A DNA stretch of 64,000 nt from Raillietiella orientalis (Eukaryota), in contig JAYWIR010000043.1 in assembly GCA_036172245.1 (NCBI GenBank), forward strand, positions 682,001 to 746,000. The letters run 5' to 3'. Shown in pieces: positions 11,760 to 26,899 of this stretch. The translations under genes and the position numbers were made by a program. Below the pieces are notes generated by a model. That model saw nothing but the letters and a program-made list of their open reading frames with translations. It did not search any database and had not been told where the DNA came from. How positions within the stretch are numbered: the first letter of the stretch is position 1; each line of letters begins with the position of its first letter.

Positions 11760-14700
11760 TTATATCTGAACTCTGATGAATTTTTGGATGACTGCCTCTT
11801 GTGCTATCAAGTCCTTTTGAATCTTTTTCCGCATATAAAAGATGGGACAATCATGACTAGAGACCAAAAATTGAAGATGAAAGTACTGTTGCAAATTCTT
11901 ACTTGGTGCAGATCACTTCTTGATGCAAACTACCTTGACATCTTTGACATTCTGTCCATAATCTGGAAAATTTGTCTTCAAGCCCTCTTAGATGAGTGAT
12001 TTCCTTGAGGAAAATTTGACTATCTTTTGTTTGGCAGTGTGAACACAGAACATCTCCCTCATTTTCTAATAAGGAGCGACAGCTAATACAGACAGCACGT
12101 TTCTTGATAAAGGCTGCCAATGCTCCTACTTTTGATGTAACAAATGTCTTTGTCCGTGTATGTTCTCCTCCTAAGAAAATTTAGTAAAAAAAAAACACTA
12201 TAATGATGTGCATACTCATTAAAATTGACTCAGCTTTCGATCCCAAAATTGGCTCAAAAATTCGAAGCAAAGGCTGATTTAATTGGTGATTTAAATAATA
12301 TTCATAATCTATGGGGATGTTATTTTCCAATACGTATATTGGATCCTGAAATGTTCAGAATGAGAAGGAAAATTTTTTTTCTTTTGAAACCATTGAACAG
12401 AACCTCAAAATCAAAATAAAGCAGTCAACTCAGAAAACATTCATTTGCAAGTTATCTTTGAAGATGACAGAATTTAGATATGCTGATAAGGGGAAAAACA
12501 GAGAATAATTTGCATCACAACTCTTGAAGTATGAAAGTTAAATAAAACATGACTGTTGCTTTGATGAATCTAACAATACTGGAAAGCAACAGCATAGAAA
12601 ACTGCCACATAAATTCACATTTCATTTGTGCATACACGTAATTATTGCAAACAATTCAAGGATGTAAATATGTAAACTTGAAATCAAGAATTGATTCCTG
12701 ATTTCTAAGGCTAAATATCAGTTATTTTTGTGCTTGATCTAAAGCATCCAAGTTTTTCTTAATCTTTCTAGTCTAAACATATCGTATAGATAGTTTTTCA
12801 ATTCTATTTATTTTTTATGCACATTGAAGAATGCCATTATTTTTACATTCGCTTTCCCTACAACTTCCAAACTCCAGAAGTTCTTTTTGGACTAAACCAA
12901 GTTTCCAAATATCCAATTTCAATTCTAAGACTTTAACTCAAAATTTAACAAAACAAAGGCATTTGACGTAAACTTAATGACTGCATTTTTCCAGAACTTT
13001 GAGGACTTTCAGAACAGGATACAAAGCCACAAAACACTGAAGCATTACATTATACTTGACACTTTGAACTAATTACAACATCTATTAAAACTTCAATTAA
13101 AGCTGCAAAGGTGAAATACAGTCAAATAGAATTTAATTAGAAAAAATACAATACTACATACTGCACTTTGAAATGCAGAAATCTGAACAGATGTTGCTAT
13201 GGGATACAAAAACATCCTTTGACTTCATATTCTGGGTTATTCTTTTCTTGTAAACAAAGATGCTGTTCTTTACCATTTTAATTCATATTCAATATCAGCT
13301 GTTTCCAGATTATAGGAAAAGCAATTATCGAACGAAAGTGTCAACTAACAATTACTTTTAATTGTTGCACTCACTAACATTGCATCTGTTACTCATTTAC
13401 TGTACGAAAATCAGATAACTAGCCAAGAAAAATGATGAACCAAAAAAGTAGGATTATGAAAATTTTGCTATTACACACTGTTGTTTCAAGACACATGAAA
13501 GATAAAAGATGATCAATGATGTTATCATGCTGAAGGACTTTCCAAACTGTTAAGGTTACATCATAACTTTTAAAGTGTCTCTACCTTTATTATTTGAAAA
13601 TTCTTACCGGTTTTTTCTGCTGGCTCTTCTCAAAACTTATTTCAAATGTTTGATTGCTTTCCTAAAGTAATATTTTCGCTACGCACACATAGCAATCTAA
13701 AAATTTCATCTACTGAAAACTCAATACTAAAATGGAAAGCTACAAGCATTTCCAAAGCACTTAGTTGCTTAGTTTTCTTGGTTTCTCATAGTCAGTTTGC
13801 AATAGTATGATATAAAATATGCAAATCTTTCCTCTAAATCAACTGATGCTTTATTTTATTTCTTAATTCCAATTTTATTTCATGTATGACTCTGATTGGT
13901 GAACCACAATCAAAATTTACAAAGTAAATAAAAAGATTATTAGAGATGCATCTATTATAAAATTAGATGGAGGAAAAATGCTATTTTCGGTACAAAGGCA
14001 TCAATAAGATCTGAGTTGATAAGCAAAAACCTAATGGATAATGATAATGAATCTAATAAGAAATAAAATGAGAGATCATAAAAAGTTACCAAACTTGGCA
14101 ATATTCTTTGACTACTTATGCAAAAAAAAAAATGCAAAATCAAAAACTTCAAGTACACTTTTTAAAAAGACCGCCTTAACATGGATAAAAGCAAGTTTTA
14201 CGAAAGGAAAATGCAATGGAAAGTTCAAAGCAGTTGCTGCATCAAAGGTACTTTTCAAAGAATCATGCAATTCTGGAAACAGCAAAGCAACATTAAACAC
14301 TTCAAAAGAGATATTAAAATAAATGATATCAAACAAAAATCAACTGATGCATCATTGCCATAAACACTTTTGAAAGAGACAATTTGAAATACAACTATGC
14401 AATAATGCATATTGTGAACAATATCACCTAAGATTCAGCAATTGCACTTTTTTGTACTTACACATCTCAATAAACAATTTGGATGCAAATGCCTCTTAAA
14501 TATCATACCTCAGATTTCAAATAAGTAGGTATGTTTTTTGCAGATGCAACAACAACATAGGGCACACGATCTCCCAGACTTGGAGCTGAGCCTGGGTCTC
14601 GTTTTTTCATTCTATGTGCCAGTTCCACATGGGCCTGCTTTGCTGCATATTCCTTATCTGTCTTGGTAAGTTCTTTAGTAATTACCAACTGAGAAATATC

Positions 14701-17700
14701 AACACGATTGCATAGCAGATCAGAAATTGTCTGCTTAGTAAACTGTACAGCACTGTCTGGATCTCTGCAAGCACAGTGCCTTTATGATTACAGCTTGATT
14801 AACTCACCTGTCAATAAGAATCTTTTGCAAACATGTATTGATTAAATTAGCAACAAGAGGACAATTGTCACGCCGAACTGTTTCAATACCCTTACAATCC
14901 ATTTTGTCATAATGGTGGGGATTGGTAAAATATAAGCCAGCATAACGCTTTTTGTTGATCAAAAGGTAAGGAAAATACACCTAGCACAACAACATATAGT
15001 AAAATCACAAAAAGCAACAAGTACCTTTTCAAACTCTAAGTGAATAGGCTTCAGGAATTGACTTGATACATATTCTGCTGCTTGCTTTCCAAGATCCATA
15101 GCTTCCTTCACAGTTGACACCCCAAACTTTATCATCACTGAATCAGTATCACCATAAATGACCTTCGAACTATTAACTTAAAGGTTATTCTATCTAATTG
15201 ACTACCTGTGCATTATGGGCAAATCCCTTAGCTATGGTGAAATGATCTTCTACCAAAGTCTTGGCATCATCAATCATTTGGCGACCAAAAGCAGTAACAC
15301 TCTGTGGGATAACTATATATAAGTGTGCACTCAAAACTTACTGAAGAGATTTCAAGACATGGCAGCTTGCCCACTTGTGCACCAGTAAAACCATATACTG
15401 AATTAGCACTGATCTTCAGAGCCAGCTGACGTCCATCCAAAACTTTTTGGAGAAATGGGTCTGTCTCTTTCTTAAGATTTAATTTAACTTTTCTCCTTGC
15501 TTCAAGTAGGTCTTCCAAGATTTCAGGAAGCAGACCTTTCCTAACTGATCCTTTGACAAACATATTGCCAGTGGGAGTACGGGTGTACTGATCCTCAGAA
15601 AGGCTAGTAAACAATTGTTTATCAGTCAACTTGATTTGTGATGATACCCAAAAGTTTGTGGATTATTAAGAAGCGTGGTGTAACATAGATTGTGAGCCAT
15701 CATGATTGATGGATACAAAGAGGTAAAATCCAGAGTTGTAATTGGAACATTGTAGAAACCCTTTATTGGCTCAATAACAGTTGCACCAGCAAAATCTTCT
15801 CCTGGCTCTGTTCGGTGCACAGGCATCAACAAGTTATGTTCTTTAGCCTGAATATAAACATAGGATGCAAAAGCAAAGAATGGATATACTTGCCTTACGA
15901 AGAAGCTGTGTAACCACTTTGATCTGCTGACCTCGAGTTAACAGATAAGCTAGAGGGACACCTGTAACTCTTGCCATCTCCATGTAATTGATGATACACA
16001 TGAGTTTATCCAGCAGCCGCAAAGGGAGATAGGCATCCTTCAAACAATATACGGCCAGTCTGTACAAAGACAAATGAATAGAATATAGATTGATGTTGAA
16101 CCAACCTACGACGCGTTATTTCATTTCCTTGCTGAAGGTCACTTATGATGGAATGATGGACATCTTCTTTCTGTTCTTGCAGAAAATGATAACTAACCGC
16201 ATTCAAAGTATATGACCGAAGCTTATAGTCTCGTAGAAGAATCTGACCAAGAAATTTAATTCGTGCCTACATACTCAAGAATAAAAACGAAAGGTGAAAA
16301 AACTGTGCGAAATTATAGAAGATTAATGTCTTTTCGCCATTAAAGAGAATAGTTTGTGAATAAACGTCTGTTCTACCAAAATATTTAATAATCCCCTGTT
16401 CACAAAAAACTGTCATGCAATTACACAGATGCAGGGTTCAACATCAAATAGCTCAACTATCATGCAATTCTTGTAAACAAGTTTTGTGAAGTGCGTCTTT
16501 TCCTTCCAAATGAAAAAATAATTAGCAAATGAAAAGAAAATTAGCATAGTAAACAAAGGAAAGCTCAAACTCAAGTACACTAAGCAAACAGTAACAATGA
16601 ATTTTAATGAATTAAAAAAATCATTAATCCTAATGTCGCACTTTCAGGACTATTGCATAAAAAATTCACTTTCCTATTACGAATTTCAACATGCTCCTTT
16701 GGTACTTTATATTTGTCATACACAATTTTCAAGCAGAACTCTTTTATGCTTACACCTGAATGATCGAAAATTAAATTATTGTGCACAATAACATTGTCAA
16801 TTATTTATCTTCTTTCTTTCATTAGCTGTACCTTTCTGCTTGAAGCAAAATACTTCATCTTTTACAAGAAAGAGCAAATTGAAGCTAGTTTCTATTGTCC
16901 CCAACCAAAATGAAACTTTTCAAAACATTGTTTCATTACCTTTCAAGAGTCTATTTAGTATATACATTTACTAAGTTGGGATGAGAATTTTCCCTTAAAT
17001 GAATGTGTCCCATAATGTGAAGAATTTTTTTTAGAATCAGACAAGTTAATTACAAATAACTCAACCTGATGCGTCTTTGTATTTCAGACTTCCTGAACAA
17101 TATCTATTTTGTTCTTATTTTACATTTGTCCATAAGCCCAAAATGTGCCTACATAATTCATCCACTGGATATTAACATGAAATGACTCATTTTTCATAGA
17201 CATTTCTATTAGTCTTATAATTATTAATCAATTCACTGAGGCAAGTTGCTCCATTGCTTATCATTCCTATAGAATTCCATTCTCCTAGTTTTGCTCCTTC
17301 TTCAAATTTGTTAATTTCTTCCACTCAGCAAATAACCTCTACCACAAGTTGCTCACTTTAACAATGAAAGAATGTACTCGCATTCTCAAGCTCATTAAAT
17401 AGAAGCAAAAATCGTGCCAAATTTACAAAGTAGACATTAGCATACAAAACCAAAATCTGAAACCATAAAAAACCGTGATGAAATAAGTTGTGAATATTCG
17501 CAGATTTCCAACAACTATTCAAAGCACTGTCACTGAAAACCCAATGGTAGGGAACAATCAGATTCAACAACTGCAATTATAATCTCCATAAATACAACCT
17601 TGATCCAACAGAGCTGAAATCACATCCAGAGCAGAAGAAAAGGATAACAAGGGAATGTAAATATAGGGTGAAATGTGGAGCATCAAGGAAAACCTTTTTT

Positions 17701-20415
17701 TGTCGTGTGCTTACCAAAAGTAGATCAAATTGGATACGCCCTTCAATGTTAATATTCTTATTTTCACGCTTTCCCATCTGCTTGCTTTCCAGAATGCTTG
17801 CTTTTACCAAGGACCTTTGTTTCTTAGTGATTTCCATCAATTCTATGATTATTGCTTACTTGACATTCCTGATTCGCCCCAAAAAGGGAAAAGAATCAAT
17901 ATTCAGATGTTTGGCTCTTGTCAATAAATAATTAAGATCAAAATTTTGGATATTATAGCCTGTGAGGATGTCAGGATCCACTTGTCTCACAAAAGCAGAC
18001 CATTTCTACAGTTTCTGTGATGTTCAAATCTGCTACAAAGGAAACAATTTACCTGAAGTAATTCACTTTCGGTGTTGAATGACAAAACAGTACTACCAAC
18101 AATAGGCGCACAACTGCCTAGGGTGAAGACGTTTCTTATAAAGGGATCTTTGTCTCCATAACGAATAACCATATTAGCAATCTGTATCACTGGATCTTTA
18201 TCTGGTTCTGGGAAGATACCTAGAGAAACGTTTTAATCATAGAGATTAAGTTCATATGCTGGCATTCGGTCAGAAAAAACAAACAAACACAAAAAGAGAC
18301 ATACAAATTAAAAAGAGACAATCAAGAGCATACTTGCTTACCTTTTCTTCCAGCACACTCAATATCAAAACTTAAAATTCGCAGGGGAGCAATATTTGCC
18401 CACTGATCTGGTGGATAAGAAATTAGGTGTTCACAGTGAACATCAATTTCCAGTTGACAATATGACATGCAAGAAAGATAGTTATCAGGACTGCGGATTT
18501 TCCAACATCTTTTAGGAATATGAATCCAATTACAACCCACTATATGCTTATCTATCATGAACCTGAAATGCAGCGTTATTCATTTCTCACATTACAATTT
18601 GCTCACCTTAGTTGGAAATCGATATTACTTTCAAATGGCTTGTAGTGGCAGCTACCAAAGCCTTGCACACAAACATCACCACTTTCCAGAAGTCTCTTAG
18701 CTGGTGGAACAAATTTAGGGAGTTGAACGGTGATTTGGAGAAACATGATCTTATGGTTTCCATTAAAACCATACAAAGACTCTTTTTTTACAAGCTGCAC
18801 ATTATTGACAAACTTAAGTTTCTTATCTTTAGCTGATCTAGCATCTTTCTGTAAAGCTGCATCTAAGGCTGTCTGAAACAATAACTGATTTCCAAAATCT
18901 GCATGCTAATTAATGAAAACAGTACCACAAAAGCATCCTGTAATCCTGGATGAAAACCTGAAGGAGCCATAACATAAAAATAAGGAAGGAATCCATGGAC
19001 ATGACAGCAAACAGAAATCCCACTATCTGTGACACCAAACAGTCTTATGACTGGTGATGTCTTTTCAACATACATCAAATTATCTAACATAGTATCTGAA
19101 CCTAGAATGTTAGGAAAACCAGTCAGTTGAGAATACAAAAACCAACTGTGTACAAAAATTTTAAAACATAAAAAGCCTGGAAATCACCCAATACCTGTAT
19201 AGTAGTCAATGTCAATTTGCTGAAATATGACATCAGTCTCTTCTGGATTTAAAGAATTTAAAACTGGTCTGTCCCATCTTGCATTTATTTTGGAAACATC
19301 AGGCCCCTATCAAAATCACAATTTAAGCTCAATTTAATGATGATCTTTTAAACAATACATCAACTGCTCTATAACAATGACAGACCCAACTGCATTCATT
19401 TCAAATTACTTCATGACTCAATCAGAAACTGAATAATTTAATTCATTAATATTCTGCAATATCAGATGAAATTATAAATTGCCCTCTTAATTAATGAGAC
19501 AAACATAAATCTTTACCAAGACCAAGAAATTCAAAGACACTGGTATCAAGGAAATGATGTAGGGCAGTTAGTATTATGTGACCATTTGCAGAAGATCAAA
19601 AAGGGAAAATAAATAAATAAATATAGTCTCCTTATGCATTCTAGCAAACTGGAGGCCTATGAGCAATATAAATCACATTATCTATGCTATCATACTTGAA
19701 AGGTATACATACTGCATGTACAGGATCTAGCCCAGTCAAACATGCAATTTGTGCAAAACGACAATTGTAATTTTCATTTCCATCAACAGTCTACGACTAT
19801 CTGTAATTCATGCAGGATTAAAATTCATTGTGAAAAATGAATAAAGCTTTACTTTAGGTTTCTTGAGTAAACAAAGTGACCCTCTCATAATCAGAAATTA
19901 ATGATTTTGACTGCTAATGGTTTCATTATATGAATATTATACTCAGTTCTCATAACACGACTACGAACTGAAATTAGATTCTATTGCTTTATTCGCACTG
20001 TCATATAGAAACAAAATTTTTTTAAAAACTGTTAGCTAACCATTCCTTGAGTTTCCATATCTTCTTCCCATTCATTCTCATCATCACAAAATGCCAGATC
20101 CTGCTCGAATTGTGAAGGACTGTCATCGACTTCATCCCTGTTTATGATCAGATTTTTAGGTTTTCTACTACATTTTTTTTTTTCATGTTTGCGGAGGAGT
20201 AGAAAAGGTAAATTGCATTGAGTGATATACTGTAAGACAATTATATTTTAAAATACTTTGAGGATATGTATATAAGTAAATTCGTTAATTATAAATAACC
20301 AGTCAATCGATATACAATCATTAGAGAACATCAAGAGTACAACTTACTTGGACTTCTTAGAATATACACTTTTGCGAGATGATTGATTAAATTCATCCCC
20401 CTTCCTCTTCTGCAT
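11760..20415 (-). CDS. POLD1: DNA polymerase delta catalytic subunit, 19 exons, 1106 aa
   Basis: Exons 20415-20348, 20137-20041, 19306-19195, 19101-18926, 18872-18607, 18562-18342, 18219-18053, 18005-17715, 16242-16106, 16059-15894, 15847-15648, 15603-15342, 15301-15206, 15162-15025, 14980-14808, 14764-14509, 12345-12216, 12170-11903 and 11856-11760 total 3321 nt with consistent phases. Motifs SFDIEC (ExoI), [32 protein letters not shown], CysA (CISC..CSHC) and CysB (CQRC..C..DCPIFY). Confidence 0.97.
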
Positions 20416-21199
20416 GCTGAGGCGTTCAAAAACTGATCCCGCCAAAACCATAAGGATTTCTTGTAGACTTTCGAATGTCCGCTGGGAGATTAATTTCCTC
20501 ACTAACGATGGCTGACATTTCAGAAACACTGAATAAGAAAAATAATAAAATAGTAAAATGAATAGTAATTGTTTAATAACCGTTAATATAAAGTTAATAG
20601 AAATTAAATATTTACGGCTGTTAAACAAATTTCTATTAACTTTATAGTCCATGTGAAAATCTTCTAGAGGTATTATTGAAAGGAAATGTTGTTAAGAATC
20701 ATTAGACTCTTAATTTCCATAACAATGGCAATCTGATAACGATTTTCGCACGAAGAATCATAAAAATCCCGTATCAAGACTTCATTCATTTAATTTATCA
20801 AGACTTAACTTTTTAAAACTAAATGTTCTATCAATATCTTTGACTCTTTCGATGGAAGCAGGAAAAAAGAAAGAAAATCAAGCATTTCCTTGCATCTCAT
20901 CAAGATGAATTCACAAAGATGAAAATGCAATTTTTTATCTGGAATTTGAATGGCTCCTCATCCTAAAAATCAAAATCCTTCACATCATAGCAAAATAAGA
21001 GTAAATCGAAAGCCGTCATTAAGAACACAAAACAGTACTATACGCTTATTGCTTAAATATCATAAGCATCATTAATCAGTTGTCCTCAGGTTGGACAAGC
21101 GATGGGGGGAAATGATTGCTAACAACTCATAGACGAGAACAATATCTGCATATTTGCTTCTATATAGAAACATCATCATTCACAGCACTATGTAACACT

Positions 21200-24100
21200 T
21201 TCCCGGACTTTTGTCAATTATTTGCCATTCCACTTACTTGGACTATATCCTCAATCTTTCTCACGATGTAGCGAGCCAAGCTGGGATTCTGTTGCGGTTC
21301 CTGATTCTGATCTCCCTCTGAACGATTCCTCTCGAGATGTCCATGACAGGCGTTACTTTACATGTGTTCCTCATTTTAGCCCTTCTCATCACGATGCTCA
21401 TGACGAAAAGAGCAATGGTCCTTTTCATCATAAAATTGTATCAAGAAACCTTGCTGCTCTCTTCAAACAACCCCGTCAAGATTTCTGTCCCTGTGCTGCT
21501 CTTGAGGCTCGTCACTGCCTTCAACCTACTCAATTCTTGGAGCAGCGTTGGGCAGTAGAGCTGGCTTTTCTTGCCCCCACATCCCGTGCAAAGATCGTCT
21601 TAAGTATCACCAGTCCAGGACTCAATTCTCGAGTCGCCCAGGATTCCTCAGTGGTAAAACCTAAGAAGGTCGACCTGAGTGTCGCCCTTTCTGTAAGCGA
21701 TTGGATAGACACTCCAGCCGCTTGCAGGTTCACGTTCCAAATTCCGTAACGTTTTGTATCCGTGGAGAGGACTCCATGATTACCTTCTGGAGGAAGGAAC
21801 TCCCAAAGATTCTAATTCACGTTTTTGGACCACGCGAGGTTGTTCTGATTTTTCCAGACTTGGCAGTTCCTGTGTATAAATGGTCCAATGATTTCTTGAC
21901 AGTCGGAGCGGTCGTATCTTGCCATTGGTGGCCAACTGTTCTCATTCCCGAATAGTCTCAGACTGGATCTTTAGTTTATCTATATCTACGTCGTAAGACG
22001 ATAAGAAGGTAAGGAACCACCAAGATCACTTTTCATTCCAAATTTCCTTGCTACGAGGCACTATTTTTAGCTGAAGAGTCCTCAACACTGCCTGCTTCCT
22101 CTTCCAAGTGGGGTCCATGTCTACCCACTGTTCTGTTTTGCCAATTAGAACTGGCACCAGACCACCTGAGTTGTTCAATATCTTCGAGTGTGCTCTGTGA
22201 GTTACAAATAGTCACCTATCTCAGTTCTAGATGGGTTCCAGGAGTTGTCACGCGTCCATGGTTTGCGCAGAGTGTTGTAATGACTTCATTTCGGGCCCAG
22301 TATCTTCTTGCCGGAGGCACAACAGTTTGAGTTCACCTATTCTCTTCATGAAAGCTTTTTTCAAGTTTGTTTTACACATAGTGGAGTCTTGTCGATTGGG
22401 TAGACCGTTCCGTAGAATACCTTGGGAAGTGGATCGCTATTACATAGGGTAGCCCTCTGCTTCATGTTGAAGTCGACACAGGTGAGTTTGCATTTTCTCC
22501 TGCAATCCTTCTTCATAGAACTAGTAACTTCCAGGAATGCATGCTGATCCATGGTGTCATATTTCAAAAAGAAGAGTAGATCGTCCTCCAGATGAGTCAG
22601 CCTGTCGTCGTCCATTATAATACTTTTGAGTTGTCCTTTTCCGTCAGCTAGTGCTGACACAGCCTTCATGTAGATGACAAACAGCAGCAGACTGAGAGCA
22701 TTGCCTTGATGGACTACTCACTCCATCCGAACTGCGTCTGTCCTCTCTGTTGGTGTGAATCTTGAAGGGCCGCTCTTTGGGTATCTTCTCCTCATAGTGA
22801 GTAAAGTATCCTAGAAAGCCCAGTTTCAGCAGTATCCCGTAGTCCTTGATGTCGAAAGTCTTCTCCATATCCACGAAACCCAGAACCATGTTTCCGCTGA
22901 AATACCGACTGTATCGGTGGTGCTTGGGTACAATTCACATTGTCAGACATGCGATCTCCATACCGCACATATCACCATTGAAGAGATTACTGATGACTTG
23001 GACTTAGATGGTCGGATCAGATCTAGGCCAACCACCTCTCCATCCGAATTTAGGATGGAGATTGCCCTTCAATGGAGTAAACTTCTTCATGTTTCCTCTC
23101 TTGGGCAGCAGTGACACCTGCTTGCTATCTTGAAACGATAGTGGCAGCATTTGTTGTTCTTGAATCGTTTGCATGAGTTCGTGAAACAGGTGCAGGCAGG
23201 CAGGCAGGTACCGTAGAAAGTTAGAGATGGGCACATTATTGGGCTGGCCGCCACGTCTTTGGGAAGTATGCGAACACGCTCCTGATCTCCTCCATTAAGA
23301 TGTCCTCGTGGAGTCGATCTTGACGCTGTTGACTCAGTCTTCTGTGCAGGAATTGTCTTCTGTACCTCAGGAACAGATCTCGTCTCAGGAAGTGAGAGGT
23401 GTAATGCCTTAGAAAAACATTCAAGATTACTTCCTACATATGACTAACTTGATTGTCGTATTGAATGCAGAAGACATCGGTGGCGATGTTCTTTCCAGCA
23501 CACCAGTTCCCCTCTTTACAGTTTGGAAGATGTACCGTATTTCGTACTGATTCCAATACTTCGAATTGGAGTGGTCCTGGATATCGAACTCCCGGGACAC
23601 TTCCTCTCTCATCTTCCGGTCACCGTATTGTATATTGTAGAACAGATGAACAGATATGTTTCATCCTGTCCCTGTAAGAGGCTCTACGAAATTTTGGCGG
23701 CTATTGGTTATTTTCAGACGCAGGCCCCATATACAAGGAGGCAAGGAGCAATTAAAAAAAATTACACAAATACATGATACTAGACGGACGACCGAGATTA
23801 TGAATCAATTTTGATGCATTTCTGTTGATAGAATGAGCAATCTTTTCTTTTATTGTGTACTTTAGATGGTTCCATTCTATTATTCCTTCCTGTAAGAACG
23901 ACAATTCGAGAATAGTATGGCGTCTTTGCCGACCCAGCTCCATCGCAAAACTCACTGTCGTTAAGCCGCGAATGCAAAACAGGATTACAATCAATAAATC
24001 TGCAATTTTTATCAGGAAAGAAGCGCACTCGGAAGTGTCTTCTGGATATCAGAGTTCTGTATCTATACGCCAACATCCAAGACAAAGTGCCACTTTGAGC

Positions 24101-24350
24101 TGGTGCTGAGGGCTTACAGGGAGACTCTGGCTCGCCTGCCGCTCTCATGCCCAGACACACCTGTCGTATCAGAGTATGCGGAGATCTTTTGCTGCTAATC
24201 TCCATGTCTACCCCGGCGTCGGCACTTCGAGTTGCTAAGCCATGGAACAAGAATCGAGGTGAACAGGACGAATTCGTCCGTGACAGCAGTTAGATCGACA
24301 TGGGCAGGGCTGCAGGACTGGATCCGCTTGGATATCTCCATGGTTTGGTA
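21200..24350 (-). mobile_element. Decayed L1/Tx1-like ORF2 (EN to C-terminus)
   Basis: YLPACLHLFHELMQTIQEQQMLP, SLLPKRG, VLGFVDMEKTF and LTHLEDDLLFF are collinear with 61241-63960. Confidence 0.85.
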
Positions 24351-25960
24351 CTTTAATTACCTCGGCGTACCCTTGTGGAGAGGCGTGGCTCAGCTGCCTC
24401 CAGAAGGCAGAGTTGACGATCGGCCAGTTCCGAGGTGGCAGATTTTACTTGCTTGAACGAGCCGTATTGTAGAACACCTTGGTGGCTTCCCTCTTTCGCT
24501 CCCTGCTTTTTGCCTTCCCCCCACCGAGCAGTATAAAGAGGCAGAAAAACCTCCTCAGAATCGCCCTCTGGGGCACAGGAATGCCCCGAGTCCTCCTGAA
24601 GGAATTGTGCGCTTTGCGTCGCGAAGGAGGCCTCGGTCTCTTGACGCTGGAGCACCTGGATCGTCAGCTCCAGTTGAGGACACTTGCCCTAATGGCGAAG
24701 CTTTGGAGCACGAACTGGTGCGAGCTCGCACGATTCCTGGTCAAGCAAGACACCGGCTACGCGGGAATGGCTTCGTTCCTGGAGCGACAACGCTGAGCAA
24801 CGTGTCCAGCTGCGGACTGAAGCTCTGGCGAGTGGCCAAGTTGACCAGGACCAGCAACTGGATCCTTTGCCGACCCGCGAACTGTAGTGTCAGGTTGCAG
24901 GAAATTGTTCGCACATGGGCCAAGAATAACGAAGCGATCCCGGAGATGCGACAGTGACTGCTGCACTCCTGCAACAACTGCTCGCTGCAGGACGTTATCG
25001 TGCTGCCCACCACGTGCGCGTGGGCGCAAAGAACCTCCCTAGCCGCGACAATGTCCTTCCTCAGGGAACACCTGGACAGTAACCAGCTGGCCAGATGGGA
25101 GGTCAGTTGCGAAATCAGTCAAAAGACGAGGGAACTAGATGGTTGGACCACGGGCCAGCTCACGGACGCTGCCACCCCAAATGTCCCACCGAAAGTACCA
25201 TCACGCTGGAGTGAGCTGGGAAACTCACCGGAAGACCTCGAGTGGCTCCCAGCGCTGAAGAACAATCAGATCCTTCCATTGAAGTGGCAGGAGTCGGCAC
25301 TTCTGCTGTTCCACTGGGGCCTTCCGTGCGACGCCCGCCGTTCTCACTGAACCCGGGGAGCTGTGGAGCCCAACTGTTGCAGGTGCGGGGAACAGAAATT
25401 CCTCCCACACCTGCTAGTAGACTGTGTTGCCCTCCGGCCCCTGTGGTCGCGTTACGCAGCGGTTCTAGGTGCACCAACGGACCGCCCCAGGGACGTGATG
25501 GAGCGTCTCTTCGATAGCGATGCCCTTTAGTCTGGTGCATCCCTGGCAGCTCTTTGCTGCTGCCTACGCGGGATTGTGGCAGCCTGGAGCTACGCGGAAG
25601 GACGATGGCGCGACAGGGATGCCATCTTCTTCGCCCTGCGCTTGCTGAGGATGGGAGCTAGATGGTTCCACCTGGGGCATACACAGATGGAACTTGCCGG
25701 TATCCTGGAAAGGATGCAGAGGACGCCCTCCAGCGAACAGGGATACCTTCCTGTGCCCCCCTGAGTTCTCTTTTCTATTATTGATTAGTACTTCATTTTT
25801 ATTTTTGTTTGCCCTTCTTCTGCTGAAGCGAACCTCGCTGGCCTGAGTGCGCGTTACTCGGCAGGTTCCGAGCATTTCCGGACAATGTAAGGCCGATGGC
25901 CCTACACATATATGTTTATTTTTTATAATAAAGGTCGCGGCGTGACCGGGTGATAAAACA
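24350..25960 (+). mobile_element. 5'-truncated L1/Tx1-like 3' portion
   Basis: NYLGVPLW, ALWGTGMPRVLLKELCALRREGGLGL and LPLKWQESALLLFHWGLPC. Structured UTR, AATAAA 25927-25932 and terminal hairpin. Confidence 0.85.
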
Positions 25961-26899
25961 AACGCTTGCCTTTCTCACGCTTCGAGCACAGCACGAAGTG
26001 CATCACAGGAGACGAGTTCGTGACTCCGGTAAGGGTGAGAGGGTGAGGGAGGTGCGCCGGATGGGCTCCTGCTTTGAGCTCAGTCCCAGTTTGGGAGATG
26101 CGTGAGTGGAGATGACGCGCGGACAGCATTCCGAAGAGAATCCCAGCAGCACTCGCCTGCTCACAGGGCTGCACACTGCAGTGACAAGGAAGCAGCTTGT
26201 TACCGAGTGCAAGCTCCATGAATGTCGCTCTGCTTACCGTCTGTGTAGCTTGGGCGCCGGGCACATCAAGGTGTTCGAGCGCAGGATGAGAGAGGAGTCG
26301 GAGATGCTGGCGCATCAGTGGCAATGCAGAGGGATTCTTTTCAAGAAAGGGACAGAAGGGAGAAGGCGATTCTCCCACACCGCCAGCATTTGAAGACTCT
26401 AGTTGCCACCTTCTTTTCACTACGTATCGAGCAGCCGTGATTTTGACACGGGCGGTTTCCAAGTGGCAGTGACGAGCTGGAATCGCTAGCAGAATTTCTC
26501 TTCGTAGAGATGATAGGAACACAGTGCGTGGTCGAAGACCTTGGAGGAGACTTCCGAAAGTTGAAAAAGTGTTTGAGAAGCCTTGCACGTGATGCTGGTC
26601 GGCTGTCGCTCCGAACAAAATGCAAGGCTGAAACTGGCAGCCTCGAGGAAATAGCAGAAGATGCTTTGATTCCTCCTAGCGAGAGAGCAGTCCTTCGTCG
26701 CCGGCGCATCTGCAGTGGAAGGCGTGCAGACTCACACAACGAGGGAGTCCACAGCTTGGCACATAGTTCCATGCAACATTATAAACATAACTAGCTGGAG
26801 CGATTCTCTGCAGCCTCAGGAGGCCTGAGCCGGCCACCCCAACGCGAAGCTGCCAATCTTTCAGGTGGATCCTGAACCTCGTAAGTTCCCAGAGGATGC

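Noticed and set aside
11760..20415. Family B polymerase as a Polinton or viral polymerase linked to the CRESS element
   Set aside because: It is an intron-rich cellular Pol delta with CysA/CysB. Its proximity to the virus is most simply coincidental.
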